Below are positions 56,310 through 64,000 of a DNA stretch of 64,000 bases, piece after piece (positions within the stretch are counted from its first letter, which is position 1; every line of letters starts with the position of its first letter). Source of the stretch: a virus; IMG/VR virus record IMGVR_UViG_3300025015_000010, positions 104,735-168,734 of that record. One strand, given 5' to 3'. The notes beneath the pieces were generated by a model. It worked only from the letters and a program-made list of their open reading frames with translations, made no database searches and was not told the origin of the DNA. Made by a program: the position numbers and the translations under genes.

Positions 56310-56699
56310 TTATAGGTCTTCTGGCGGATACTTACGTTTGCCTGCTAGGTAGTCTAGAACATCTGTTCGGCCACTGAAATTGGCTTTAATAGTCTTAGAT
56401 CCAGCTATTTTTGCAGCAGCTAACCGATGATGGCCATCTGCTAAGACAGGACCGTATACTGTGCCATTACACACCTCGCAAGCAACTTCTATTGGATCTA
56501 ATGCGCGACCTCGCCTCGACTCTCTAACAAAAAACTTGATGCGCCCTATATGCCAATCAAGGTCTTCCTCGTACTCGGTGTATTTGGATCGAGTAGTTGC
56601 ATAAGACAAACCATCTCTGACATCTTCCTCAGGCAAATCTAGTGAAGTAAATGGGTTGTAAAATTCTAGCAATCTGTCTACTAAGATAGTTCTACTCAT
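56310..56699 (-). CDS. ParB/Srx-like domain protein
   Basis: DPIEV...LADGHHRLAAA. Confidence 0.7.
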   Translation of the reverse strand: MSRTILVDRLLEFYNPFTSLDLPEEDVRDGLSYATTRSKYTEYEEDLDWHIGRIKFFVRESRRGRALDPIEVACEVCNGTVYGPVLADGHHRLAAAKIAGSKTIKANFSGRTDVLDYLAGKRKYPPEDL

Positions 56700-56740
56700 T
56701 TATGTGCCTACTTTAGGCCAAGCGATTTCGGATAAACCAG

Positions 56741-57338
56741 CGGGTCTTGATCTATTACTGTTATCTACTCCCCTAGCTACGCCATCCACCTCGTTCCATT
56801 CTCTGCCCAATTATTTGATCTATTACTATGTCTCGCTGGAGAAGGACTACTCGGCCAACGCCTTGGGTTCTATTCCCTACCTAGCTATTGATCTACTGCT
56901 ACCCCAGCATTCGTCCACTATGGGGGCTACCATGACACTATTCCATTCTCTGCCTAGCTCTTAATCTATTGCTACCATCGAACGCACCGTACTCTTCAAG
57001 CACGGTGGGATATTCCATTCTCTGCCTAGCTCTTAATCTATTGCTACGCCTGCTGTACGCGGCAGATGTGGTTGTCCGCCTCATTCCATTCTCTGCCTGA
57101 GTCTTGATCTATTACTGCGCAAGAAGACACCGGGGCGGATAATATTGCTGTAATCGTTCCATTCTCTGCCCGAGTCTTGATCTATTACTGCGTCAACGTG
57201 GGAGGGAAGAAATAATGGCACTCCATGCGTTCCATTCTCTGCCCGAGTCTTGATCTATTACTGCGGCCCCGGAACAAGCGATCAGTATCTGGCCGGTCGA
57301 GAGTTCCATTCTCTGCCCGAGTCTTGATCTATTACTGC
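56741..57338 (-). CRISPR. CRISPR array: 8 full repeats + 1 partial, 8 spacers
   Basis: 36-nt repeat, minus-strand consensus GCAGTAATAGATCAAGACTCGGGCAGAGAATGGAAC; plus-strand starts at 57303, 57229, 57156, 57083, 57012, 56940, 56867, 56793 (37 nt) and partial 56741; spacers 38, 37, 37, 35, 36, 37, 37, 31 nt; degeneration increases away from the cas gene. Confidence 0.97.
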
Positions 57339-59026
57339 CCCGCCTCAACTAAATCCTTTATTCCTAACTTGTTACATGGCTTCTTGCGAGGGCTTGGCTT
57401 TTCTATCTTAAGACTGCCGTTTAGTTCCTTGTCCCTTAGCTCTGGCAATCGCTCTGTAACGAACCTCTCGCATAGAATTCTTACAGAAGCTTCTGTCCAG
57501 TTGCATTGGTGGGCACACTTGGGGCAAATAAACAAGCCCTGTCGTCGAGATTCTTTATAATCTCGATGGTCCAGTTCAGTCAGATTTTTCTTGTAGCATA
57601 GAAATTTACATTCGGGACACGTGTCTGTAATAGCCATTCCAGATTGAATTAGTTCCCCACAACCTATAGCCTTTCCTTTGTAGTCCAAATCAAAAGCCAG
57701 TCGTCCATAGTCCCACGTAGATAATACCCGATTAGCTTGTCTTATTGCCCTTTGTGCCGGGGCACTCAGACCTTTGCAAAGATTTTTTCTGGCTTTCAAA
57801 AGCCAGGCTTTTCCCTCGCCAGGGTCGTGAAAAACCATTCTTGCTCCAGCGTCACCCGCCCAATCAACTAGCTGTTTAGACGTGGCATGAGCTACTGATC
57901 GCTCATCTGGAGCGGATGGACAACGCCGTCCAGCAGACTGAGCGTGCTTTGCTCTTTCTACCCACCGTTCGTGTGGGATCATATGTTCCATAGTTGGATA
58001 TCTGCGTACTTCAACAACCCCTTTACCCTTGTCCCACAATGCCGCTGTCGCATAAGGGTAAATATCCGGTACTACAAACAACAATCGATTCCACCCTAAA
58101 GTTGTTGGAGCATTAAATTTAAATGATATCCTTGCTTGCCAACGTCGTGGGGAGATTTCTTGAAGGCGTACATCGCCATAAAAAGCCCCAGAATCTAAGT
58201 ATTCTTTCGCATAATCCTGCTTCACAACAAGGGGTAAACGTAACCAACCCTTTGCATATTTTGTGATAGGGCCAGCTGCTTTATTGGTCTGTTGATAAGT
58301 TGACCAAGGTGTAACCACGCTATTGCCTTCATGGCCAGTCTGCACTGCAAGACACCAATGTCTCGCATTTTCAGGATCGCGTAGAATTCTGGCATGAATG
58401 GAGCCAGTAAATAACAGTTCTCTGTTGTGTTTTCGTGGGTTCGCTGCGGACGCCGCTTTTGCTAGTCTACTTCTTGCCCCGTTTAGTCGATGTCCTTGTA
58501 GACTAGTAGACTGGCTTATAGATTCTAGGGTATCCAACCATACTTTTTCAGCTTCAAGTAAACAAATACACGGCGAAGGGAAAGCAGGCGCACCTGTCAT
58601 TCGGCTACCAGATGGAATACGTTGCCCTTCAGCTTCAATTTTTTGTTGCCACTCCCACCGTTTCGTAGCTTGCTTATGGCCTGTTATGATTGAAGCGACT
58701 CGAAAAAACATGGACTCGGCCAGAGACGACGGTAAGTTTTCAGGCACAGGCGCAACAAGGCGTATAGCTGAGTAGATCGTTTGAGTTCCTCCAGGCATGT
58801 CAAGTAATTTTGCAGATTTTACCGTCCGTGCATTCTCAGGTCCAGTTCTGTAGTTAATTGGATCATCGATATGTTCTGATAGGTAATTCAAGGCATTCGT
58901 AATGCCTCGCTGCCATAAATCTGCCAAGTCTTCTAGCCCTCGACGAGCACGACGATCTACCCGAATACCAAAGGCTGGAGCGCGAACAAGGATATCACCG
59001 GCCTCAAAGTCTTTACGCTTTCCCAT
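57332..59026 (-). CDS. cas12: TnpB/Cas12-like type V effector (564 aa) with apparently inactivated RuvC
   Basis: Abuts the array; GGAGG SD before ATG 59026; C-terminal RuvC-like layout LLFVVPDI / AHATSKQLVDWA / MVFHDP / WDYGRLAFDLDYKG / TCPEC...FICPKC / NWTEASVRIL. Confidence 0.75.
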   Translation of the reverse strand: MGKRKDFEAGDILVRAPAFGIRVDRRARRGLEDLADLWQRGITNALNYLSEHIDDPINYRTGPENARTVKSAKLLDMPGGTQTIYSAIRLVAPVPENLPSSLAESMFFRVASIITGHKQATKRWEWQQKIEAEGQRIPSGSRMTGAPAFPSPCICLLEAEKVWLDTLESISQSTSLQGHRLNGARSRLAKAASAANPRKHNRELLFTGSIHARILRDPENARHWCLAVQTGHEGNSVVTPWSTYQQTNKAAGPITKYAKGWLRLPLVVKQDYAKEYLDSGAFYGDVRLQEISPRRWQARISFKFNAPTTLGWNRLLFVVPDIYPYATAALWDKGKGVVEVRRYPTMEHMIPHERWVERAKHAQSAGRRCPSAPDERSVAHATSKQLVDWAGDAGARMVFHDPGEGKAWLLKARKNLCKGLSAPAQRAIRQANRVLSTWDYGRLAFDLDYKGKAIGCGELIQSGMAITDTCPECKFLCYKKNLTELDHRDYKESRRQGLFICPKCAHQCNWTEASVRILCERFVTERLPELRDKELNGSLKIEKPSPRKKPCNKLGIKDLVEAGQ

Positions 59027-59028
59027 TC

Positions 59029-59547
59029 CTACCTCCGGTTCACCACTTGAAATGTCTCTCCACAATTAGGACAGTGAACCTTAAAACTATTAGTAACAAT
59101 CCGTTTTTCTAGTGGTTGCTCAGTTGGGGCAAGCGCTGGCAGAAATACATCATCCAGTTCTCTGGGCTTCATATCAATAGGCTTCACTTTTACATTTGCA
59201 TATTCCCCATTACTAGTGGGGCGTCGCACTTGGTACTCCTGGTCTAATACTGCGTCGCTTACGCCCCCGCGTAACATTCGGCCTACGGCTCTTAACGCAC
59301 GGTCAGGCGAGCCCCAGGCGAGAGATGCAAACCGAGGATTAGCCGCGAGAGAGATAAGACGATCTGCACGAGATCTAGTTAAGCCAATTTCCTTGAGAAA
59401 ACGGTCATAAATTGGCAGAACTTGCTGTTGCACTCGACCCAGTAACTTCCCATATGCAATAAGATCCGTTGTGAGATTTACATTCAATGTTTGCCATGCG
59501 GCTAATGCCTCTTCTAAACTGAGATTACTTTCTTTGACTGTGCTCAT
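59029..59547 (-). CDS. DUF3102-like helical/HTH protein with C-terminal CxxC knuckle, coupled to the cas12-like gene
   Basis: LIAYGKLL..V......YDRFLKEIGLTRSRADRLISLA; VHCPNCGETF; stop 2 nt before the next ATG. Confidence 0.6.
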   Translation of the reverse strand: MSTVKESNLSLEEALAAWQTLNVNLTTDLIAYGKLLGRVQQQVLPIYDRFLKEIGLTRSRADRLISLAANPRFASLAWGSPDRALRAVGRMLRGGVSDAVLDQEYQVRRPTSNGEYANVKVKPIDMKPRELDDVFLPALAPTEQPLEKRIVTNSFKVHCPNCGETFQVVNRR

Positions 59548-59582
59548 GTCCGCTCGCTTTCTGCCATTGAGGCATAAAATAT

Positions 59583-59745
59583 ATAACTGGCCCGGAAAAC
59601 TGCTTGCTCGTGACACTGTCTCGGCAGCGAGCATAGATACGGGTCGTGAGTGCCGTTATCCGCTGAGCGTAACCAGATCGGTCCAGCGGCACCCCGGCTC
59701 ACGCGGTGGAACGCCGCGCATTTTTGTTCTTTCCGGGCCAGTTAT
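59583..59745 (-). ncRNA. 163-nt structured RNA (candidate tracr/scaffold RNA)
   Basis: 16-bp perfect closing stem 59583-59598/59730-59745; internal stems tgctcg/cgagca, gtgag/ctcac, ccgctg/cagcgg, cgcgg/ccgcg; starts at the predicted TSS. Confidence 0.65.
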
Positions 59746-59754
59746 CTGCTAACT

Positions 59755-59783
59755 AGCATACACCTACCAAACAACAAAGTCAA
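59755..59783 (-). promoter_or_regulatory. sigma70-like promoter of the ncRNA-DUF3102-cas12-array unit
   Basis: TTGACT-N17-TATGCT. Confidence 0.8.
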
Positions 59784-60796
59784 CAACTTTCTTTTGACAA
59801 AATCCAACCAGCTTTTATCATATCAGCCAACACGGCATAACAGACGTAAGCCCGGCCTGTACGAGACAGAGCATGAAACCTGTAATCAGTCACTAAAGCA
59901 TCATACATATCTCGCTGACTTTCAGGCAGGCTGTCTCTGGCCGCTTGAAACTTTGATGCCTTCTGTACAACTGGCTCGACTTCAAATGTCTTCACAGTCT
60001 TGGGCTCTTTTTGATGACTTATCCTTACTTCTGGAAAATACTTATACTTTTTTCTGAGTTTTAGTGGCGGAATAACTATGCCTGTCTTGATACAGTAGCT
60101 CCGTAAACGTGCGACCGACTCTCCAACCTCTCTGGCCACGTGGGCGACGGGCTTATTCCAGAGTAAATCTGTTAGTACCTCTCTATCTGGCCAGGCGCCC
60201 TCCTCCAAAGTTGTCAGCCATCGTGTTTGGCGCGATGCTATAGGAATATCCGAGGTGTGACAGTAACTTTTCAAGGTATTTATTGATATGCCGAGAGACT
60301 TTGCTACGTGCTTGGGCGACCGCTCTTGAAGCATCTTTGTCAGAGTAGACGCCTCGGGCCATTCTATTTTTACCCTGTTCCAGTGCTCAATACCAGCTAG
60401 CGTTATTCGCTTTTCGCTCTTAGAATTAGGCGAGGCGACCTTGGGCTTCTTGTCTCGTTTCTTCGCGCTTGGCTTACGCTCTTGTTCAACCTTTCTTGCA
60501 TAGGGCGTGGCTAGAACCAAGTTACCAATATCGATATTTGTCTTATTACGGTCTATATAGCTGACGTTCTCGTCTCTACTCAAATACCTGCCTATGTCAT
60601 TTTCCATCACAAGTACGGCCCAGTAAACCATACCAGAGTTATCAAGGGCTCGCGGATGTTCTGGATAATATGCCGCTATCGAGCCCTTAAATTTTTCAGG
60701 CTTTAACTTCGACAAGTCATGTACAGTTAGGTCGGTTTCGCTGACATACTCCCCGGAATAAATTCCGGGGCTTGCGGTCGCTGGTCCCATCGTCAT
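59780..60796 (-). CDS. Degenerate HNH-like N-terminus plus repeated HTH motifs
   Basis: HPRA..GMVY..VLVME..IGRYL...ENV.YIDRNK.N...NL; VAKSLGISINTL; VAREVGES; true start uncertain. Confidence 0.55.
   Translation of the reverse strand: MTMGPATASPGIYSGEYVSETDLTVHDLSKLKPEKFKGSIAAYYPEHPRALDNSGMVYWAVLVMENDIGRYLSRDENVSYIDRNKTNIDIGNLVLATPYARKVEQERKPSAKKRDKKPKVASPNSKSEKRITLAGIEHWNRVKIEWPEASTLTKMLQERSPKHVAKSLGISINTLKSYCHTSDIPIASRQTRWLTTLEEGAWPDREVLTDLLWNKPVAHVAREVGESVARLRSYCIKTGIVIPPLKLRKKYKYFPEVRISHQKEPKTVKTFEVEPVVQKASKFQAARDSLPESQRDMYDALVTDYRFHALSRTGRAYVCYAVLADMIKAGWILSKESC
60742..60795 (-). mobile_element. IS200/IS605-type right-end remnant
   Basis: CAAGCCCCGGAATTTATTCCGGGGAGTATGTCA: hairpin followed by GTCA; 30-nt arm identical to the 49221 palindrome. 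Confidence 0.6.
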
Positions 60797-60803
60797 CTAC
60801 ACC

Positions 60804-63725
60804 TCAAACATAAGGGTCATTGGCCGTGTTATTTCTACGTTGCCAGTCGTTTCGTTCGTTCACTATCCGCTCATCTCGCTTTAAAGCTGCCTTGGCTAGG
60901 GCCGTACTTGCAGACGGGTCGGAAATAATGTCTGCTAAGAACGAATTCAAAAGATTGATTCTTAAGGTGTAATAGTCGGAATCATCCATAAACTCTTACC
61001 TTGTACGGGTGCAGCAGCCCTAATAATATTGGCCCAAATGTGCCTCCAGTCGGGTCCATCTCGCCTTTCAGTGTTCCAGACGTACTAACACCGTAAAAAC
61101 TGGCCATAATGCTGTCTTCAGGAAAATTAATTAGTAGCTCAACGTCTGCAAAATTCCAATGCAAGTCGATACTTCCATCTGAGCAGGGACCAATTTTGGG
61201 TATACGCGGCACTACCTTCAGATCATTCAAAGCTACACTGTTAAGACTTCTTAAAAACGCGATTGCTCTGTTCCAAGTTACTTGTTCAACTGACTTAAAA
61301 TCTTCTACAGCGATAGTCAATATCCTCTTGGACCTTTCGATGACATCTTCTAAGTCATTTGTTATATGACCGCAGCCCAAGCAGCCTATTCCTGACAAAG
61401 AAAAGTATGTGTCTGTTGATTGGCACTTCAAGCACGGCCCGCTAGTATAGGATGGATTGACCCTAGGCGGTCTCGAATAATGTTCGTGGAAAAATCCCAT
61501 ACCCATATTAAGTTTTACCTTTCTTTCGTCGAGGCTTTATACCCGAAAGTAAGAGTTTCGCCCGCCTTATCAGCCGCTTCTGCCAACTTACCGAGGTCTA
61601 TGTCAGTAAACAGTCCGACTGGAGCGCTGACTAGTGTTTGGCCATTAGACATTCTAGATATTGAAGCCGATATAGGAACGCCATGCAAGATGTCTGAAAT
61701 ATAGCCGCATGAGGGCGGACCCGGCTGCCATGGATCACGATTTAACTCTTGTCGCAAAGGCCAAAACCAAAGTAGCATTAGCTTGTCTCCTTACTAAAGA
61801 TCGAATCAAACTTTACTTTCCAACGTTCTTTAAACTCAAGTCCATAGCACTCAAATATGGCCTCTTCCAATCTGGACCGAACTGTTTTAGGCTTCCAGCC
61901 AGCAGTTAAGGCATCTGAAACAAAGTGCATCCAAGACGGCATTAGGCCATGTTTCTCGCACTGAATGAATAAATCTGGCAAAGGCAATCCACAGGTATCA
62001 TACATTCTGAACACACCCGCTATGACCGTTTTGCCGTCTTCGGTCTTGCCAATTATTTTGAATTTGGGTTCGGCCATTTTAATCGCTAACAGTAGGAGCT
62101 AGATGCTTCTTGATAACCCTGACAGCGCTGTCTACTGTATCGGCCTTGCCTATAAGAGCGTGGGTATCGTCGTGTCCCGGTATGTCCGCTCCTGTGAACA
62201 GACTAATATCGTAAAGATACAAGTCTTCGGCACTTTTTACACTCCATACGATGTAATTGTCCAAGTTTTCTGGCTCGATAGTTACGATGATCTCACCGAA
62301 ACGCTTGTTGTAGGTTATCTGGTACCCTTTGCCCAATGAATCGTGCAGCGCGACAAGAGTCTGTTGGATATTCTTACTACTAGGCTTGTCTATCATACTG
62401 GCTCTGTGCCCTCCAACCAACGAACCTTCTTTCCATTACGTCTTGCATAAGCGACTTCGTTTTTCGTACTGTCCCCAAGGTAGCCTCCGACGTTCAACAC
62501 TAAGATTTCGTCCGCCAAGTCAATCTTACGCAGATGAAGCTGGTCTAACTCACCTCCAGTCGGTTTGTCATCAGAACGAGCGCCGCTGTGAGAAAGGACA
62601 ATACGGCCAGCCAGTGTTTCGCTTAAGTATGTCGCCCGCTCTGTGTATCTATAGTCTTGCGATAGGTCTCCAATGCTTGTTTTAATCTTTTGCCTTCTGT
62701 ACTGTTACCAACGGCTGAGCACACAAAAATATCCGCTGCCTCTGAGAGCCTGTTTGCAGCTACTCCACGTGCCTCGTAGAAGTCCCTAATCGAGATATAG
62801 GCCGAAACGGCTTCATGAATCTCATCAATTGTTCCGTGCATGATAGCCTTGCACAGAACTACTTCGCGGTCTCGTAATTTAGGCCGCGGATGAGAATGAT
62901 CAATCATAGCTCTCGGTTATTTTCATAATAAGGGTCACGGACGATGTAATCTCTGTGTTCTCTATTTTTGCGGACACCTGTCTCATCTCTACTCCAGACA
63001 ACTTAAATGAGCCTGGTCTACTCTGCAAACAAGCCGACACAGGTAGACTTAGTACAAACTTACCTTCAGCTAAATTAGCCAATATGTCTATGGGAGTATC
63101 CGGTAAAGCCACAACTTGAAATCCCTCTAGCTTGTATTGACCAGACATTAAGAAACGTTGACCCGTTAAGCCATCACAAAGATTATCCCAGAAACTGGTG
63201 GCAAAGAAATCTGTACCAGGCACCTGAGTGTCGTAAAAATACTGCTGAGTTTCTAGCAAGCTGTCTCCGGTTTTTTCAATCCTCGAACTATTCGGCATAG
63301 GCCGAAGCTATTCTAGCCTCAGTTTTCTTAATACGGAGAATGATATCATTTGTATAATCGGCTGGCCTTTCCCCGTATTGCCCGAAACCGAGTTCCTTCA
63401 TGCGATTGTGTTGCCAGCTAGAAACCAACCGATCCATCTGCTCCCTGCCATCTCCACGAATCCGAGTTACTGGCACTGAATCGCCCATCTTCAGTGCTGG
63501 CTTGCCAAAGCATGTGGTTTCTTCAACATCTGGCAAAGGGTAAGCAGATACTTCAGCCCACGTATTTAAGGATTTGCGGACCTTGGCCAGTTCGTTTTCC
63601 AGCCGTCGCAGTGTCCTTGTAGAGTTGAGCACAGAAAGCGCCCGCTTTGCTAAAGGTAACTCAGCGTCCGATTCTTTGATGCTCCCGCCGTTAACGGCGG
63701 GATTCTGGTTATCTAACTCGCGCAT
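60804..63725 (-). other. Block of hypothetical ORFs (60804-60989, 60982-61506, 61515-61778, 61778-62077, 62079-~62396, 62623-62907, 62900-63298, 63288-63725)
   Basis: Co-oriented and coupled; 61778-62077 has VFRMYDTCGLP, resembling an AlaRS-like helical fragment. Confidence 0.6.
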
Positions 63726-64000
63726 AGCGCTCGTTCCTTCCCAGCATAGGGTCCACCAATATGCCCCAACGATACCACACTGAGGATATCGCTACGGGTG
63801 CCACTCACTACCTTGGCACCGCGTCTTCCAATGTTAAATGCCGCGTTTGCGTCGCGATGCTCCTTGTGATTGCATCTCGAACACAGGTACTTTTTACCCT
63901 TTGGTTTGTGGATCTTCCCGCACTTACAACATTCTTGACTCGTATACGCTGGGTCAACGAATATGACGGGTACGCCGCGCAAGGCAGCTTTGTACATAAT
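63713..64000 (-). CDS. tnpB: TnpB (IS200/IS605 RNA-guided nuclease), C-terminal part; gene runs off the window
   Basis: YKA...GVPVIFVDPAYTSQECCKCG...YLCSRCNHKEHRDANAAFNI with intact RuvC-III Asp. Confidence 0.9.
   Translation of the reverse strand: MMYKAALRGVPVIFVDPAYTSQECCKCGKIHKPKGKKYLCSRCNHKEHRDANAAFNIGRRGAKVVSGTRSDILSVVSLGHIGGPYAGKERALCAS

Noticed and set aside
56762-57302. Self-targeting spacers
   Set aside because: No match noticed within the window by eye; this needs an alignment against the full genome.
56704-57560. Plus-strand ORFs 56704-56964 and 57225-57560
   Set aside because: They are translations of CRISPR repeats/spacers or antisense to the cas12-like gene.
59027-59065. Track start of the 577-aa ORF at 59065
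   Set aside because: It overlaps the upstream gene; ATG 59026 has a GGAGG SD at proper spacing.
59548-59634. Extended N-terminus (201 aa) of the DUF3102-like ORF
   Set aside because: It runs into the structured RNA; ATG 59547 is more plausible.
34341-63298. Possible jelly-roll/capsid-like paralogues 34341-34955 and 62900-63298 (YD..FF pattern)
   Set aside because: Similarity too weak to support without profile or structure searches.
1-64000. tRNA genes and alternative genetic code
   Set aside because: No cloverleaf with D and T arms found by eye (tRNAscan-SE would be decisive); conserved genes are full length in the standard code and end in TAG, TGA and TAA.

Overview
Fragment of a large (jumbo-type) bacteriophage genome. 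It is densely packed with short ORFs in long co-oriented blocks, is roughly 43-45% GC by eye, uses the standard code and has many sigma70-like TTGAC(T/A)-N16/17-TA(T/G)(A/G)(A/C)T promoters. No tRNA/rRNA and no recognisable core capsid, terminase or polymerase genes were seen. Recognisable genes cover RNA repair (Rnl1-type and DRB0094-type RNA ligases, a deleted third ligase, CCA-adding enzyme), NAD/CoA/nucleotide handling (NadR-like and CinA-fused nucleotidyltransferases, CoaD, macro-domain, SLOG, NUDIX, 5'-nucleotidase, metallophosphoesterase), peptide deformylase, DinG helicase, HD nuclease, GH73 glucosaminidase, two DNA methyltransferases, GNATs and ADP-ribosyltransferase-like ORFs. Mobile DNA: two tandem IS1595-family transposases, a matching 132-bp MITE with an 8-bp TSD, IS200/IS605 end remnants and a TnpB at the right edge. 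The highlight is a compact minus-strand unit at about 56.7-59.8 kb: promoter, then a 163-nt closed-stem RNA, a DUF3102-like HTH/Zn-knuckle gene, a 564-aa TnpB/Cas12-like protein whose three RuvC catalytic positions look substituted, and a leaderless CRISPR array. The array has 36-nt repeats and 8 spacers that all read antisense to coding-like, GC-richer DNA, and no cas1/cas2 is present. This suggests a phage-encoded, nuclease-dead, RNA-guided regulator or silencer. Several other promoter-driven, highly structured non-coding RNAs (about 150-800 nt) are also apparent. All protein assignments are from motif recognition, not database searches.
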